This document shows positions 1 to 9,000 of a DNA stretch of 20,000 nt, piece by piece. Source of the DNA: an uncultured virus (IMG/VR IMGVR_UViG_3300007171_000042) (lineage: Duplodnaviria; Heunggongvirae; Uroviricota; Caudoviricetes); IMG/VR virus record IMGVR_UViG_3300007171_000042, positions 52,384-72,383 of that record; one strand, written 5' to 3'. A program made the translations under genes and the position numbers. Within the stretch, counting starts at the first letter, position 1; each line of letters opens with the position of its first letter. Below the pieces are notes generated by a model that was not told the DNA's origin, did no database searches, and worked only from the letters and a program-made list of their open reading frames with translations.

Positions 1-1
1 G

Positions 2-2218
2 AAGTTGAACTACTTGCAATCTATTCTCACGATCAAGTTGTTTGTTCATATCATCTCTTCTAGCTTCTTCTGCTTTCTGAGCAGCTTCCATCTGCATCTT
101 CTGTTCAAACTGTGCTTGTTGTTGCTCCAACTGTTGTTGCTTAAGCGCTTGTTCTTGTTGACGGATGGCTTCCTTACGATTCTGTACATCTGCTAGAGTC
201 TTACGTAAGCTTCTCTCAGAGTTAGCAGTAAACAAGTCTACCATCTCAGAAAGCTCTGCCCCATTCTGCATTGCAGGTTGAGCCAACTGCTTTAACTGTT
301 CTAAGGTTACTTTGTCTTCTGCATAAGAAGAAACAAATACAAATAACTCATGGAGTAATTCATTTTTAGACACTTGTAAGAATACAGTTTCTAGTTCATT
401 ATTTAAGTAATTTAAAGTAGATGTAGGTTTCTGTAACTCAATGTACTGAGCCATATCCAAGATAGTCTGATAAACTTTCTGTAAGATGTTATCGTGCCAA
501 GCAAACCAAGTTTCTGTTTGAGCAAAGGATTGAATCAAAGCATTGTTAGCTGCTGTAGCAGTTTCTGATGCTTGTGCATTACCTAAACGTTGACGAGTAA
601 TACCTACCAACTCATAAGCCTCTAAGCGAAGCTGCTGTGCTAACTGAATACGTGCTTGGATTTCTTGAGAACGAGTAAGATCAATACGAGAGAATTGGTT
701 AAACTGTACAGCTCCTCCTGTATTCTCAATAGAAGTATCAATCAAAAGAGTTCCTCTGTTCTTAGCATTCCAAAGCATTGTCTCAATAGGATCTTGAGAG
801 TCTTTCTTAGGAACCACTTTTAAGTCTCCCAAGAATACTACCCCAATCTCTTTCTCAAGCAACTCCCACAACTGGTTCATACAGATGTTGTAAAGAACTT
901 GGTATGGCTTCAACAGATCTAAAAGAGATTTACCTTGAGTATTTCTAGAAGTGTTAATGATTCCTACAATAGGTGCATTTTGAGTAAACTCTAAAGGCTC
1001 TACACATACGTAAATGTCTGCACCGATCTTAATACCTCTCCACCACTCATTAATCCAAATTTCTTCAAGAGAAACATCACCTAAGGTTTTATCCATCTTG
1101 TAGTCCTCAGATACAAACATTTCTTGTTGGAATCCATCCTCATCTAAGTAAGTACGTTTAAAGATACGTTTCTTAGACTGCCAGTAAGCTGTAATTACGG
1201 TGTAGGCATGCTGAGAGTTGAATGAGAATACGTTGTGGTCAATACCTCCGTTAGCAAAGTCACCTACGTTCTCAAATGTCAACTGCCACAAAGGATCGTT
1301 AGGATCTGGCAGAGCAGGAGCCATTGGAGAGTATTCGTTATTACGAAGATTCTGCAGAGAACGATTCTTCAAGTGCTCTACTTCTTCTCCTGTAAGATTA
1401 TAACGATCTACAATCTCTGTCATAGAAAGAACTTCAATCAAACCTAAAGCCCAACAATCAGAAGTATACTGAGCATTACGATTAGCTAAGTACCATACAT
1501 TAGATGGGTTTTCTGTTTTGTAGTTAAACCCTAAGCGAGAATTATCAGGGTAAAAGTGATGGAACTCTTTACCAGTAACCAAGAAGTCTAAGAAAGACTG
1601 CTGAGACTTCTCTCTAAAGTTAAAGTGATACTTAAGAGCATTCAAAGTCTTATTACCCCACTCTTCTGCAACTGAAGTATAATCCAAAATTTTGTTTTGG
1701 ATTTCTTGTTGCATTTGAGCTTCTTGCTCTGGATCTACAGGCTGACCTTCTAACTGAGCTTGTAACTTTTTTAGAAAGTGATCCTTAATCAGTTCTGTAC
1801 GAAAGTCAATGGTTTCGTTTACTGCTTCATCATCTACTGCCTTAACCTTGTACTTGTGAGGACGGTTAATCAACTCTCCCTTCAATTGGTTGATGGGAGG
1901 GTTTACAATAGGATAGTGCTTTAAATGCTGAGGAACATCTGGATCTTGATCAGGAGTATCATTTAGATAGCTAATCAACTCCTGCATTTGAGGAACGTTT
2001 GTGTAGTCAGCAAAGTTAAACTCACCATTTAGCAAACGGTAGTTCTTCCTAAAGTTTATATTCTGCCTGTACTGTGCAAACGCAATGTTAGCAAAGTAAT
2101 CCATGGTACCTTTGATCCATTGTTCTTTCTGCTTCTCACTTAAGCTAATAAATTGCTCAGGGTAGAAGTAGGCGTGATTGACTGGATCAGTGTACTCTTT
2201 AAGTGCTTCAATGATCAT
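2..2218 (-). CDS. Portal protein, crAss-like (C-terminal end runs off the left edge)
   Basis: Hand translation from ATG at 2218 is open to the window edge (MIIEALKEYTDPVNHAYFYPEQF...LKHYPIVNPPINQLKGELINRP...WINEWWRGIKIG...LLKPYQVLYNICMNQL...GITRQRLG...Q-rich coiled coil). Motifs and position next to the terminase fit crAss-like portals. Not in the ORF track, probably because it has no stop in the window. Confidence 0.88.
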   Translation of the reverse strand, partial: MIIEALKEYTDPVNHAYFYPEQFISLSEKQKEQWIKGTMDYFANIAFAQYRQNINFRKNYRLLNGEFNFADYTNVPQMQELISYLNDTPDQDPDVPQHLKHYPIVNPPINQLKGELINRPHKYKVKAVDDEAVNETIDFRTELIKDHFLKKLQAQLEGQPVDPEQEAQMQQEIQNKILDYTSVAEEWGNKTLNALKYHFNFREKSQQSFLDFLVTGKEFHHFYPDNSRLGFNYKTENPSNVWYLANRNAQYTSDCWALGLIEVLSMTEIVDRYNLTGEEVEHLKNRSLQNLRNNEYSPMAPALPDPNDPLWQLTFENVGDFANGGIDHNVFSFNSQHAYTVITAYWQSKKRIFKRTYLDEDGFQQEMFVSEDYKMDKTLGDVSLEEIWINEWWRGIKIGADIYVCVEPLEFTQNAPIVGIINTSRNTQGKSLLDLLKPYQVLYNICMNQLWELLEKEIGVVFLGDLKVVPKKDSQDPIETMLWNAKNRGTLLIDTSIENTGGAVQFNQFSRIDLTRSQEIQARIQLAQQLRLEAYELVGITRQRLGNAQASETATAANNALIQSFAQTETWFAWHDNILQKVYQTILDMAQYIELQKPTSTLNYLNNELETVFLQVSKNELLHELFVFVSSYAEDKVTLEQLKQLAQPAMQNGAELSEMVDLFTANSERSLRKTLADVQNRKEAIRQQEQALKQQQLEQQQAQFEQKMQMEAAQKAEEARRDDMNKQLDRENRLQVVQL

Positions 2219-2242
2219 TTTATTTTTATTTAGTTTTAGTTA

Positions 2243-4252
2243 TTAGTATCTAAAGGGAGAAGAGGTTGTACGGAATAAAGAGTTGCCTTTTCTTTCTCTA
2301 AAGTATGCATTAATTCTGTTGTCATCATTTGTATTAGAGATAATGACTTGAGTATTTAAAGACTTAGCCATAGCTAAAGTAAGGCCAAAAGAGATTACTC
2401 GGTCAACGTTTAACTTAGGAGTGAACTTAATTAATTCCTTAATCAAGACAGGGTCTAGAATCCTTGTTACACCTAAGCGTTCTTTTGTAATATTTCCTTC
2501 AGCGTCTCTCTCGACATCTACTACTTCGGTAATGTACTCGATAATCAAAGACATTAGATAGCTCTTAATGTCCTTAGTCATGTGAATACCATAGTCACGG
2601 TTAACTGTAGAGTTAGGGTGAATATCATTCAAAAACTTAGGAGTTCTTTCAAGTACTCTAGGAGACTCATTCTTATCTACACAGTGTTGGATAAAACCGT
2701 AGTCCATGTTCTCGCAAAGAGTCTTAGCATTGTAGTACTTAAGAAGCATCTTAGTATTCTCATACCAAGTCTCAATTTTCTTAGGACGACCTGTGTAACA
2801 GGCTACTACCATATTCTGCCATCCCTCTCCGTTAAGGTTATGTACTCGTTTGTAGATATAAGTTGAACCCAAAGAAGTTGAGTAGTGTGCTTGAGATTGT
2901 TTATATGGGTCCGTTCCTGCTGTATAAAGCCCATAGGGAGCATCTGAGACAGGATATTCCCAAATCTGAATACAACCCTCAATATCGTCTGTTGGTTTAA
3001 CTGGGAAGTTCGTAACAGCTTTTTTATCTGTAAACTTATGTCTTACAGATCCATCAGAAGTTATGTAGAGTTCTACGTTATCAGCAACAATCTCTTGAGC
3101 TGTTAACTTTTGTAGTTGTTCTTGAAGCAAGTCTACTGGGAAGATGTTTTGAGAAAGCTCTAAGAAACACTCCTCATGCGTGAGAGGATAGTACATTACT
3201 TCCTTAAGGTAAGTCTCAAGACCACTAGATTTTTTAATCTGTTCCCTAGACTTTAAGATAAGCTCTTTACCTTTTTCCTCATCTGCTACCCAGATCTTAA
3301 TTAAGTCTAACTCTGAAGCCTCTTCTTTGCCTAAGTGCAGTCCTAAAGACTTTTCTTCTTTAGGAACTTTCAAAGACTTAGTTCCTGGAATAAATAGTCC
3401 ATAACTTTTACCTGTTTCATTTGCTTCAACAGGAAGAAAATTATAAGCCTCGGGATTATTGAAAAGTTCTTCTAGGTCAGCAGCTTTACTCATATCTCCC
3501 GAAGTTCCGATCACAAAAGGAGAACAACGCCAACCATAAGGACTGTCAAAACACGGAGTAGTTGCCGCTAAACAACTAAGGATCTTTCCTTTTCCTCCTT
3601 CTTCCAAAAGAAAAGAAGAAAGAGTAAGACCTGCAGCTGCTTCCGTATTGTTGCCTTCGTCAAAGTTTCGTACGTGGAACTTAGACCACTCATTTCTAGC
3701 GTTAGTCTTTTTGTCTTTAAAACCTAAAGTAACCTGCTTCTTCCAGTCATCTTCGATACGAGGAAATCTAAAGTAGTCAGGTAAGTTTCTAAGACCTAAG
3801 TCTACGTAGTCTGTAATTACTTTTAAGTCAGGTTGGTTAAGAGCTGAAATAAGATTATCCGATCCCTTCTGTGTGATAGCTTTGTGGGCCATATAAGAGG
3901 AAGTCAAAACTGACTTAGAGATACGACGAGATCCTACCATTACAACTCCTTTCTTTCCGTCCTCGTGATTCTCAGCTTTATGAATAGTTTCATCTACAGC
4001 CAAGTAAGTGTCCCACAGTTGAGGTTTGTCTAGCTTACGAACTTGACGCTTACCTATCATTGTATCTATGTAGATAGACCAGTAGTTTAAGTGCCAGTAA
4101 ATAAAAGGAGAAAAATAAAATCCGTTAATAGTCACACCCTCAGTAATCTTCCTATCCTCGTTCTCCCAAAATGCAGTATACTCCTCTGAGTCTGTGTCAG
4201 GGAGATTCTTTACATTGATTAGGAATTCAGGACTATTTAGATTAGGATACAT
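2243..4252 (-). CDS. terL: Terminase large subunit
   Basis: 669 aa. Walker A-like GSRRISKS, Walker B-like FLLEEGG, coupling motif GTSG, RNase H-type nuclease motif GTDPY, late acidic NVDRV. Adjacent to portal. Confidence 0.92.
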   Translation of the reverse strand: MYPNLNSPEFLINVKNLPDTDSEEYTAFWENEDRKITEGVTINGFYFSPFIYWHLNYWSIYIDTMIGKRQVRKLDKPQLWDTYLAVDETIHKAENHEDGKKGVVMVGSRRISKSVLTSSYMAHKAITQKGSDNLISALNQPDLKVITDYVDLGLRNLPDYFRFPRIEDDWKKQVTLGFKDKKTNARNEWSKFHVRNFDEGNNTEAAAGLTLSSFLLEEGGKGKILSCLAATTPCFDSPYGWRCSPFVIGTSGDMSKAADLEELFNNPEAYNFLPVEANETGKSYGLFIPGTKSLKVPKEEKSLGLHLGKEEASELDLIKIWVADEEKGKELILKSREQIKKSSGLETYLKEVMYYPLTHEECFLELSQNIFPVDLLQEQLQKLTAQEIVADNVELYITSDGSVRHKFTDKKAVTNFPVKPTDDIEGCIQIWEYPVSDAPYGLYTAGTDPYKQSQAHYSTSLGSTYIYKRVHNLNGEGWQNMVVACYTGRPKKIETWYENTKMLLKYYNAKTLCENMDYGFIQHCVDKNESPRVLERTPKFLNDIHPNSTVNRDYGIHMTKDIKSYLMSLIIEYITEVVDVERDAEGNITKERLGVTRILDPVLIKELIKFTPKLNVDRVISFGLTLAMAKSLNTQVIISNTNDDNRINAYFRERKGNSLFRTTSSPFRY

Positions 4253-4254
4253 AA

Positions 4255-4572
4255 TTAACTAAATTGTTTCATCTTCCCATTGATCTCTTGAGATCCACGA
4301 GCTTCTGCTTTCTGTTCTTCTTTCTCTCTAAGACGATCTACTACTTCTAAAAGGGCTAAGTATTCTTTCATAGTATCTCTAAGAGATTTGATTTGTGATT
4401 CTTGACTAGCAATAACCATAGGCATAGTTCCTCCTTTGGCTGTTGGTTTCCACTCAATACGATCCTTAAGACCATTGATAGGATTGTCATCAATATATGC
4501 TCTCCACTCAGTAAGCCGTTGTTCTGCCCACTCAAGTTCTGCGGAGATATAGGATTGTTTTTTACTTGCCAT
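4255..4572 (-). CDS. Hypothetical helical protein, possible terminase small subunit
   Basis: 105 aa, coiled-coil C-terminus, ends 2 nt before terL start. Function inferred from position only. Confidence 0.6.
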   Translation of the reverse strand: MASKKQSYISAELEWAEQRLTEWRAYIDDNPINGLKDRIEWKPTAKGGTMPMVIASQESQIKSLRDTMKEYLALLEVVDRLREKEEQKAEARGSQEINGKMKQFS

Positions 4573-4768
4573 TTGTGTACTTCTTTAGAAAGTCTGTTTG
4601 ATTCATGTTCATGATATCTTCTAGCACACGTGCGTAGAAGTCTTCATCTCTGCCTGTCTTACCGTATGAGTATCCTGCTTTCCAAAATATCTTAAATGTT
4701 TCAAATAAGTTATCCTGTAAGGTCTCATGTACATAAGGCTGACTGGTATTTGGTTGGTTGTCCATCAT
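4562..4768 (-). CDS. Hypothetical protein
   Basis: 68 aa ORF tightly packed in the operon. Confidence 0.65.
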   Translation of the reverse strand: MMDNQPNTSQPYVHETLQDNLFETFKIFWKAGYSYGKTGRDEDFYARVLEDIMNMNQTDFLKKYTNGK

Positions 4769-4769
4769 C

Positions 4770-4901
4770 TTATTTTTTAGAAGAAACCTGTACTAAAGGT
4801 TTGTCTGCGGGAAGGAAGTATACTTGAACTCCACACTTGCTTCCAGGACGTTTGTCACATCCATTCTTAATTGTTAATTTAGTTAATTTTCGCTTTTCCA
4901 T
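4770..4901 (-). CDS. Small hypothetical protein, 43 aa (not in ORF track)
   Basis: Hand translation MEKRKLTKLTIKNGCDKRPGSKCGVQVYFLPADKPLVQVSSKK. Fills the gap and stops 1 nt before the next ATG at 4768. Confidence 0.5.
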   Translation of the reverse strand: MEKRKLTKLTIKNGCDKRPGSKCGVQVYFLPADKPLVQVSSKK

Positions 4902-5257
4902 TTTAGTTCTATTTTATGTAAAGGGTGTTCTGCGTTCCAAGTCTCTATTCCACAATTCGAAGATAGAGATGCTGTTTTGTAGGTACAGACGCATCCACAA
5001 AATGAACAGTGAAGGTCGTCTCTGTTAGTGCTGTAGTGCTTGCCCGTAAGTTGTAGATACTCGGGGGAAGATACTGCGTTTCTCGAATTGTAGGGACAAG
5101 AGATACAAATGTCCATTCTGTCTGCGATAATGTCCTGTTTTTCATTGCTCAGTAACTTAAACTGGTTGGCTGTCTTCGTTGCTACTCCCTCCAGTACTTT
5201 GTCTAGATTCTTTAACCCCTTCAGGCTCAGGGCCATGTACTCTTTGTAAGGATTCAT
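4883..5257 (-). CDS. Cys-rich putative zinc-binding protein
   Basis: RMDICISCPYN...HCSFCGC...KT...NC...W pattern. Confidence 0.75.
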   Translation of the reverse strand: MNPYKEYMALSLKGLKNLDKVLEGVATKTANQFKLLSNEKQDIIADRMDICISCPYNSRNAVSSPEYLQLTGKHYSTNRDDLHCSFCGCVCTYKTASLSSNCGIETWNAEHPLHKIELKWKSEN

Positions 5258-5699
5258 ATAATTTCTTGTGGTTTTCTTTCATCTGATTTAAACTGTAGTC
5301 AAAAAGACTTACTTGATTAGGTCTATAAAGTTTCTTAGCCTTTCCTCTCTCGTATCTCTCTTCAAACAATCTTATCCAGTCCTCTATCATGTAGTAGTTA
5401 GTGTATCCTCTGAGTGCTGTTAAGTCTTCTCTTGGCTCTAGTGTAAGCAAGGTTTCTGACTTAATCTTAGAGGCTACTAACTTAGATGCCTTTGCAGGAT
5501 TAAATATTAATACTCCTAGACCAGATAATCTTACTTTTACAGTAGGTAACTCTTTAATCTCCTCAATGGTGTTCTTTAGGTACCACTCGTAGACAGTACT
5601 TACTTGGTCTATAGTCATACCAAGTTCCTTAGCAACATCTGAGTACACTGCATAAGTCTTGATTTGAATACTATCGTACTTATCTTTTATTGAGGTCAT
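5157..5699 (-). CDS. HU/IHF-like DNA-binding protein
   Basis: N-terminal VYSDVAKELGMTIDQVSTVYEWYLKNTIEEI...VKVRLSGLGVL resembles the HU/IHF helix-helix plus GLG beta-strand pattern. IHF-like genes occur near terL in crAss-like phages. Confidence 0.65.
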   Translation of the reverse strand: MTSIKDKYDSIQIKTYAVYSDVAKELGMTIDQVSTVYEWYLKNTIEEIKELPTVKVRLSGLGVLIFNPAKASKLVASKIKSETLLTLEPREDLTALRGYTNYYMIEDWIRLFEERYERGKAKKLYRPNQVSLFDYSLNQMKENHKKLYESLQRVHGPEPEGVKESRQSTGGSSNEDSQPV

Positions 5700-6043
5700 G
5701 CAGTTGCAACTTGTTTGTTTTCTTCAGAAACTAGAGTAGAAAGAACTAAAGTGAGAGTAACACCTTGCTTGCTAGTAGGACACAATCGTCTATTGACTGT
5801 ATTCTTTTCTAAGATACCCATCTTTCTTAGTTTAGTAATTCCGTTAGAAATTACTTGTATGGATGTGTTAAACTCACTAGAGATCTTTTCTTTTACTTCT
5901 TTGTCTAAAGTACCGTAGTATGAACTGTGGGCTAGGATACTGGTGTATAGATCTGATAATCTGTAACCTGCAAGTCTGAGTAGTACATCAATGTAGGCCT
6001 GATGCAACTTTACTCCTTCTTCATATTTACGTGCTACTTTCAT
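5696..6043 (-). CDS. Winged helix-turn-helix protein
   Basis: KEKISSEFNTSIQVISNGITKLRKMGILEK is a wHTH-like signature. ATGA overlap with the next gene. Confidence 0.65.
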   Translation of the reverse strand: MKVARKYEEGVKLHQAYIDVLLRLAGYRLSDLYTSILAHSSYYGTLDKEVKEKISSEFNTSIQVISNGITKLRKMGILEKNTVNRRLCPTSKQGVTLTLVLSTLVSEENKQVATA

Positions 6044-6077
6044 TGTTTTTGGTTGGTTTGGTTTATTTTTCCTTAAA

Positions 6078-6107
6078 CAAATATACTATACTAACAAAAA
6101 AAGTCAA
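6078..6107 (-). promoter_or_regulatory. Bacteroidota-type promoter for the packaging operon
   Basis: Minus strand TTG-N19-TATATTTG. Confidence 0.75.
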
Positions 6108-6216
6108 GTTAAATGTTAAGTCTAGACAGTAGTGTAACATCTGATATTATACGTATTAGCTAGAATCTTAATCTAAATAATTATTTTAATTGAGGATAAG
6201 TATTACACCCCGACTA

Positions 6217-6246
6217 TGGACAAAAAATTATTTAAAACTATATTTG
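6217..6246 (+). promoter_or_regulatory. Bacteroidota-type promoter (divergent)
   Basis: TGG-N19-TATATTTG upstream of ORF 6265. Confidence 0.65.
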
Positions 6247-6264
6247 TGTTAGAACAATACTACT

Positions 6265-6537
6265 ATGTCGATGGAAAAAATTAAAAAACCAACTTCCCAA
6301 GAAGTATTTGACATCTTCTTGTTGGCTTTGCAAGACGAAGACATAAAGCTTGCAGGAGACATAGGAGGATTTAAAGATGCCCTTTATCAGGGATTCAAGG
6401 ATTTTACCTATAGAAAAAAGTATACGGAAGAGATGTTGTGGGAGTATATCGAATATGCTTTAGACTCTCTAATGGATACCGACAGTCCTATGCAACAAAC
6501 TGATTATCTTACAGGTCAATCAGCTGCAGGACTATAA
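6265..6537 (+). CDS. Hypothetical acidic protein
   Basis: 90 aa ORF directly downstream of a promoter. Confidence 0.7.
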   Translation: MSMEKIKKPTSQEVFDIFLLALQDEDIKLAGDIGGFKDALYQGFKDFTYRKKYTEEMLWEYIEYALDSLMDTDSPMQQTDYLTGQSAAGL

Positions 6538-6550
6538 AATATTAACATTC

Positions 6551-6930
6551 AATCCACAGAGCAGACTGCTTACTCACAAACAACAGTATATTCGCATTTG
6601 ACACCACTGCATAAGTGTTCGTAGGTGAGGATGAGATGGTAACCTGCTAGAAGTCGGATTGTGAGAGTAGCCCTTGAGGCGAAATTGGTTTTCTCCGATA
6701 GTGTCAAAATGTTCTAGTGAAATGTAAAGTACTCTGACCTACAACTAATAGACCGTAGGCAATAAGTGGACAGAACAGAGACTTAGCTTAATTTAAGCTA
6801 TTTGGGCGTAAAAACGGCTTTACTATAATCTAAAACAGTAAGTAACATTGACAATCTTAGCCTGGAAGAATAGCCACCCTGAGAATAAATCAACGTACAA
6901 GAAATCTAAGACTGCAGTTTTGGAAGGATT
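6551..6930 (+). ncRNA. Candidate large structured non-coding RNA, class unknown
   Basis: No ORF >=60 aa, about ten complementary segment pairs including crossing helices and 5'/3' closing pairs (see findings). Confidence 0.6.
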
Positions 6931-6947
6931 ATTTTTATTTTTTAGTC

Positions 6948-6974
6948 TTGCCTTAATTAAAATTATTATATTTG
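6948..6974 (+). promoter_or_regulatory. Bacteroidota-type promoter
   Basis: TATATTTG at 6967-6974, 4 nt before ATG 6979. TTG 16 nt upstream (short spacer). Confidence 0.6.
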
Positions 6975-6978
6975 TACT

Positions 6979-7239
6979 ATGAATACAATTCTAGGCATCA
7001 TTCTCTTTTTAATCTTAGTGGTTTTACTGTATCTTGCTCGTAAGGAAGAAAAACGTAGTGACCAGTACTATAGAGATCTTTATGGCTCCAAAGAGGAAGT
7101 AAAGGATAATAGTGTCCAAATCACAGCAGAAGAAATCATAAAGATAGCTGAGGAGATTCACAAACAAGAACCTGCTCCTAAGAAAAAGAAAAGCAGACCT
7201 CGTAAGAAGCCTGCTTCAAAGGAAAGCAAAAAAGATTAA
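6979..7239 (+). CDS. Small membrane-anchored protein with basic tail
   Basis: N-terminal hydrophobic helix ILGIILFLILVVLLYLA, Lys-rich C-terminus. Confidence 0.75.
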   Translation: MNTILGIILFLILVVLLYLARKEEKRSDQYYRDLYGSKEEVKDNSVQITAEEIIKIAEEIHKQEPAPKKKKSRPRKKPASKESKKD

Positions 7240-7680
7240 TTACTTTTTGTAGAGTCTGTAGTATTCAAAGTCGGATTCTCCTCCGTTCTTTTTATACTCC
7301 ATCCACTCATCATAAAGGGCACCTTTAAATACAAAGTTGTCCCCTTCATTGATATTTACATAACTAACTGTAGTATCGAGTCCTACCTCTACCATTCTAG
7401 TAGTAAAGATCTCAACCTTCTCAGAAACGATTTTAAGCTCTTCTGAGGCAACAACTAGCTCTTCCTGTAGTTCTTTCTTCTCTTCTACCTTTTGTTCCAC
7501 TAGAGCCTCTCCTTTTGCCTTAGCAACAGATGTTACAGCAGAAGCAACTCTAAGATTGTTTTCAATCTTCTTAAGCATGATTTCTAACTCATCTACTGGA
7601 GCAGGATCAATAGCTCTCAAAGGCATAGAGAAATGGATAGCCAAAAAGAATACAGCAAAAATTCCCAATAAGTACTTCAT
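7240..7680 (-). CDS. Signal-anchored coiled-coil protein in lysis cassette (spanin-like?)
   Basis: N-terminal hydrophobic segment then coiled coil. No Cys, so no lipobox. Confidence 0.6.
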   Translation of the reverse strand: MKYLLGIFAVFFLAIHFSMPLRAIDPAPVDELEIMLKKIENNLRVASAVTSVAKAKGEALVEQKVEEKKELQEELVVASEELKIVSEKVEIFTTRMVEVGLDTTVSYVNINEGDNFVFKGALYDEWMEYKKNGGESDFEYYRLYKK

Positions 7681-7701
7681 CTTAGTTAAATTAAAATTTC
7701 T

Positions 7702-7983
7702 TTAAAACTTTTTCATTGTGTTAATGATACGAAGTTCTGTAATAGCTGCTGAGAGAGCGCTATCAGACTTCTTAAGTGCAGTATTCATCCGATCAATCTT
7801 TAACTCTAGATTATTCATCTTTTCGTTAGAGAGTTTAATCTGGTCTGCATACCCCGTTTTAACGTCATAATACAAATAGCTAACAGCCACCAGCATACAA
7901 AAAGCAACGGCAGCAACTGGATTCTTTTTAAATTGATCAAAACTTACGGGTAATGGATTAGAGTTAATCTTCTTAGCAGTCAT
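7702..7983 (-). CDS. Membrane protein with coiled coil (i-spanin- or holin-like)
   Basis: One TM helix (VAAVAFCMLVAVSYLYY) followed by coiled coil. Directly downstream of the endolysin. Confidence 0.6.
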   Translation of the reverse strand: MTAKKINSNPLPVSFDQFKKNPVAAVAFCMLVAVSYLYYDVKTGYADQIKLSNEKMNNLELKIDRMNTALKKSDSALSAAITELRIINTMKKF

Positions 7984-8570
7984 TACTTGATGTCTTTAGA
8001 TTCGATCAAAGTATAAGTAAAAGAGTTACCTCCTACGGAAGCTGCTTTTTTACAAATTGCCATAAACGCGTCAAAGTCTGCGGATTTTTTAAAGACTTGA
8101 CATCCTTCTGACCAGTTTTCAACGTAAGTTGAGTCAGCACCTGCTTTATGAATGTTGATTCCATAAATGCCTTCAGTAATTTTTGTTTCATCATAGTTTA
8201 AATCTTTATTAGCGTCACGATAAACCTTTACGTTAGCCTTCTGTTTGAGAGCTTCGTACTTACCTTGGTGCAAACCAACATGGTGTGAACCAGGATATTG
8301 ACCAGGTACTAAGCGAGCAACTCCTTGAGCATTGTGGAATTCTTTAACTCCTTTAGTTCCAGGATCAGTAGTAGCAGGCCAGATCTTAAATTTCCACTCA
8401 CCATTCTCTTTATAAGAGATAGTCAAGTGGTCGTCAAATACGTTGGTTACTTTGGTACCAGTAGAAGAGTTACGTACACCAATGATGTTTACGTTAAAGT
8501 CTCCGTTCTCAAAGTACTTATAACCTTTTGCTTTTACAGCAGCTTCGATTTGTTCTCTAGTGTAGCTCAT
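7983..8570 (-). CDS. Putative endolysin, L,D-transpeptidase (YkuD)-like Cys peptidase
   Basis: GINIH-x12-SEGC matches the YkuD His...SxGC catalytic motif. Lies between a holin-like gene and membrane coiled-coil genes. Confidence 0.7.
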   Translation of the reverse strand: MSYTREQIEAAVKAKGYKYFENGDFNVNIIGVRNSSTGTKVTNVFDDHLTISYKENGEWKFKIWPATTDPGTKGVKEFHNAQGVARLVPGQYPGSHHVGLHQGKYEALKQKANVKVYRDANKDLNYDETKITEGIYGINIHKAGADSTYVENWSEGCQVFKKSADFDAFMAICKKAASVGGNSFTYTLIESKDIK

Positions 8571-8572
8571 AA

Positions 8573-8944
8573 TTATGCCTCAGCAGAGTCCTCCTTCTTT
8601 TTCATGATCTTCTCTACAGAAGTCAAACCTAAACAACCAAAAGCTAACAAAGCAACAGCATCTACTAAAGGAGTAGAAGGAGCAAAGTGAGCTTCAGTAA
8701 AAGAGTTAGCGTACAATGTAGCACACAAAGTAATAGTGCAGACTAAGCCACACAGTCGTTTCATAGAGACAGAACCCTTCTCATCTTTGAAAAGTGCACT
8801 GATAAAATTAATTAGTTTCATATAGATACCTTTTTTTAGTTTAAACAGACTAAGAACGTAGTCCTCTACTAACCACTTAAACAGTAGTAGTGTGAGAAAT
8901 ACAGAAAAACTCACCATTATGGTTATATCTGAGAGAATGTTCAA
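8573..8944 (-). CDS. Putative holin (main start may be ATG 8821)
   Basis: D-x-KGSVSMKR followed by two TM helices and a charged tail. Immediately upstream of the endolysin. Confidence 0.7.
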   Translation of the reverse strand: MNILSDITIMVSFSVFLTLLLFKWLVEDYVLSLFKLKKGIYMKLINFISALFKDEKGSVSMKRLCGLVCTITLCATLYANSFTEAHFAPSTPLVDAVALLAFGCLGLTSVEKIMKKKEDSAEA

Positions 8945-9000
8945 AGCAACTTCGGACTTTCATAGATTATACTTTAGGTGAGAAAAGGTTGGTTCTATTT

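Noticed and set aside
5..2866. Plus-strand ORFs 5-196, 1218-1403, 1235-1447 and 2582-2866
   Set aside because: Antisense shadows of the portal and terminase genes with no protein-like features.
3900..3945. Degenerate terminase Walker A (RRISKS instead of GKS/T)
   Set aside because: Deviant Walker A motifs are common in terminases and the other motifs are intact.
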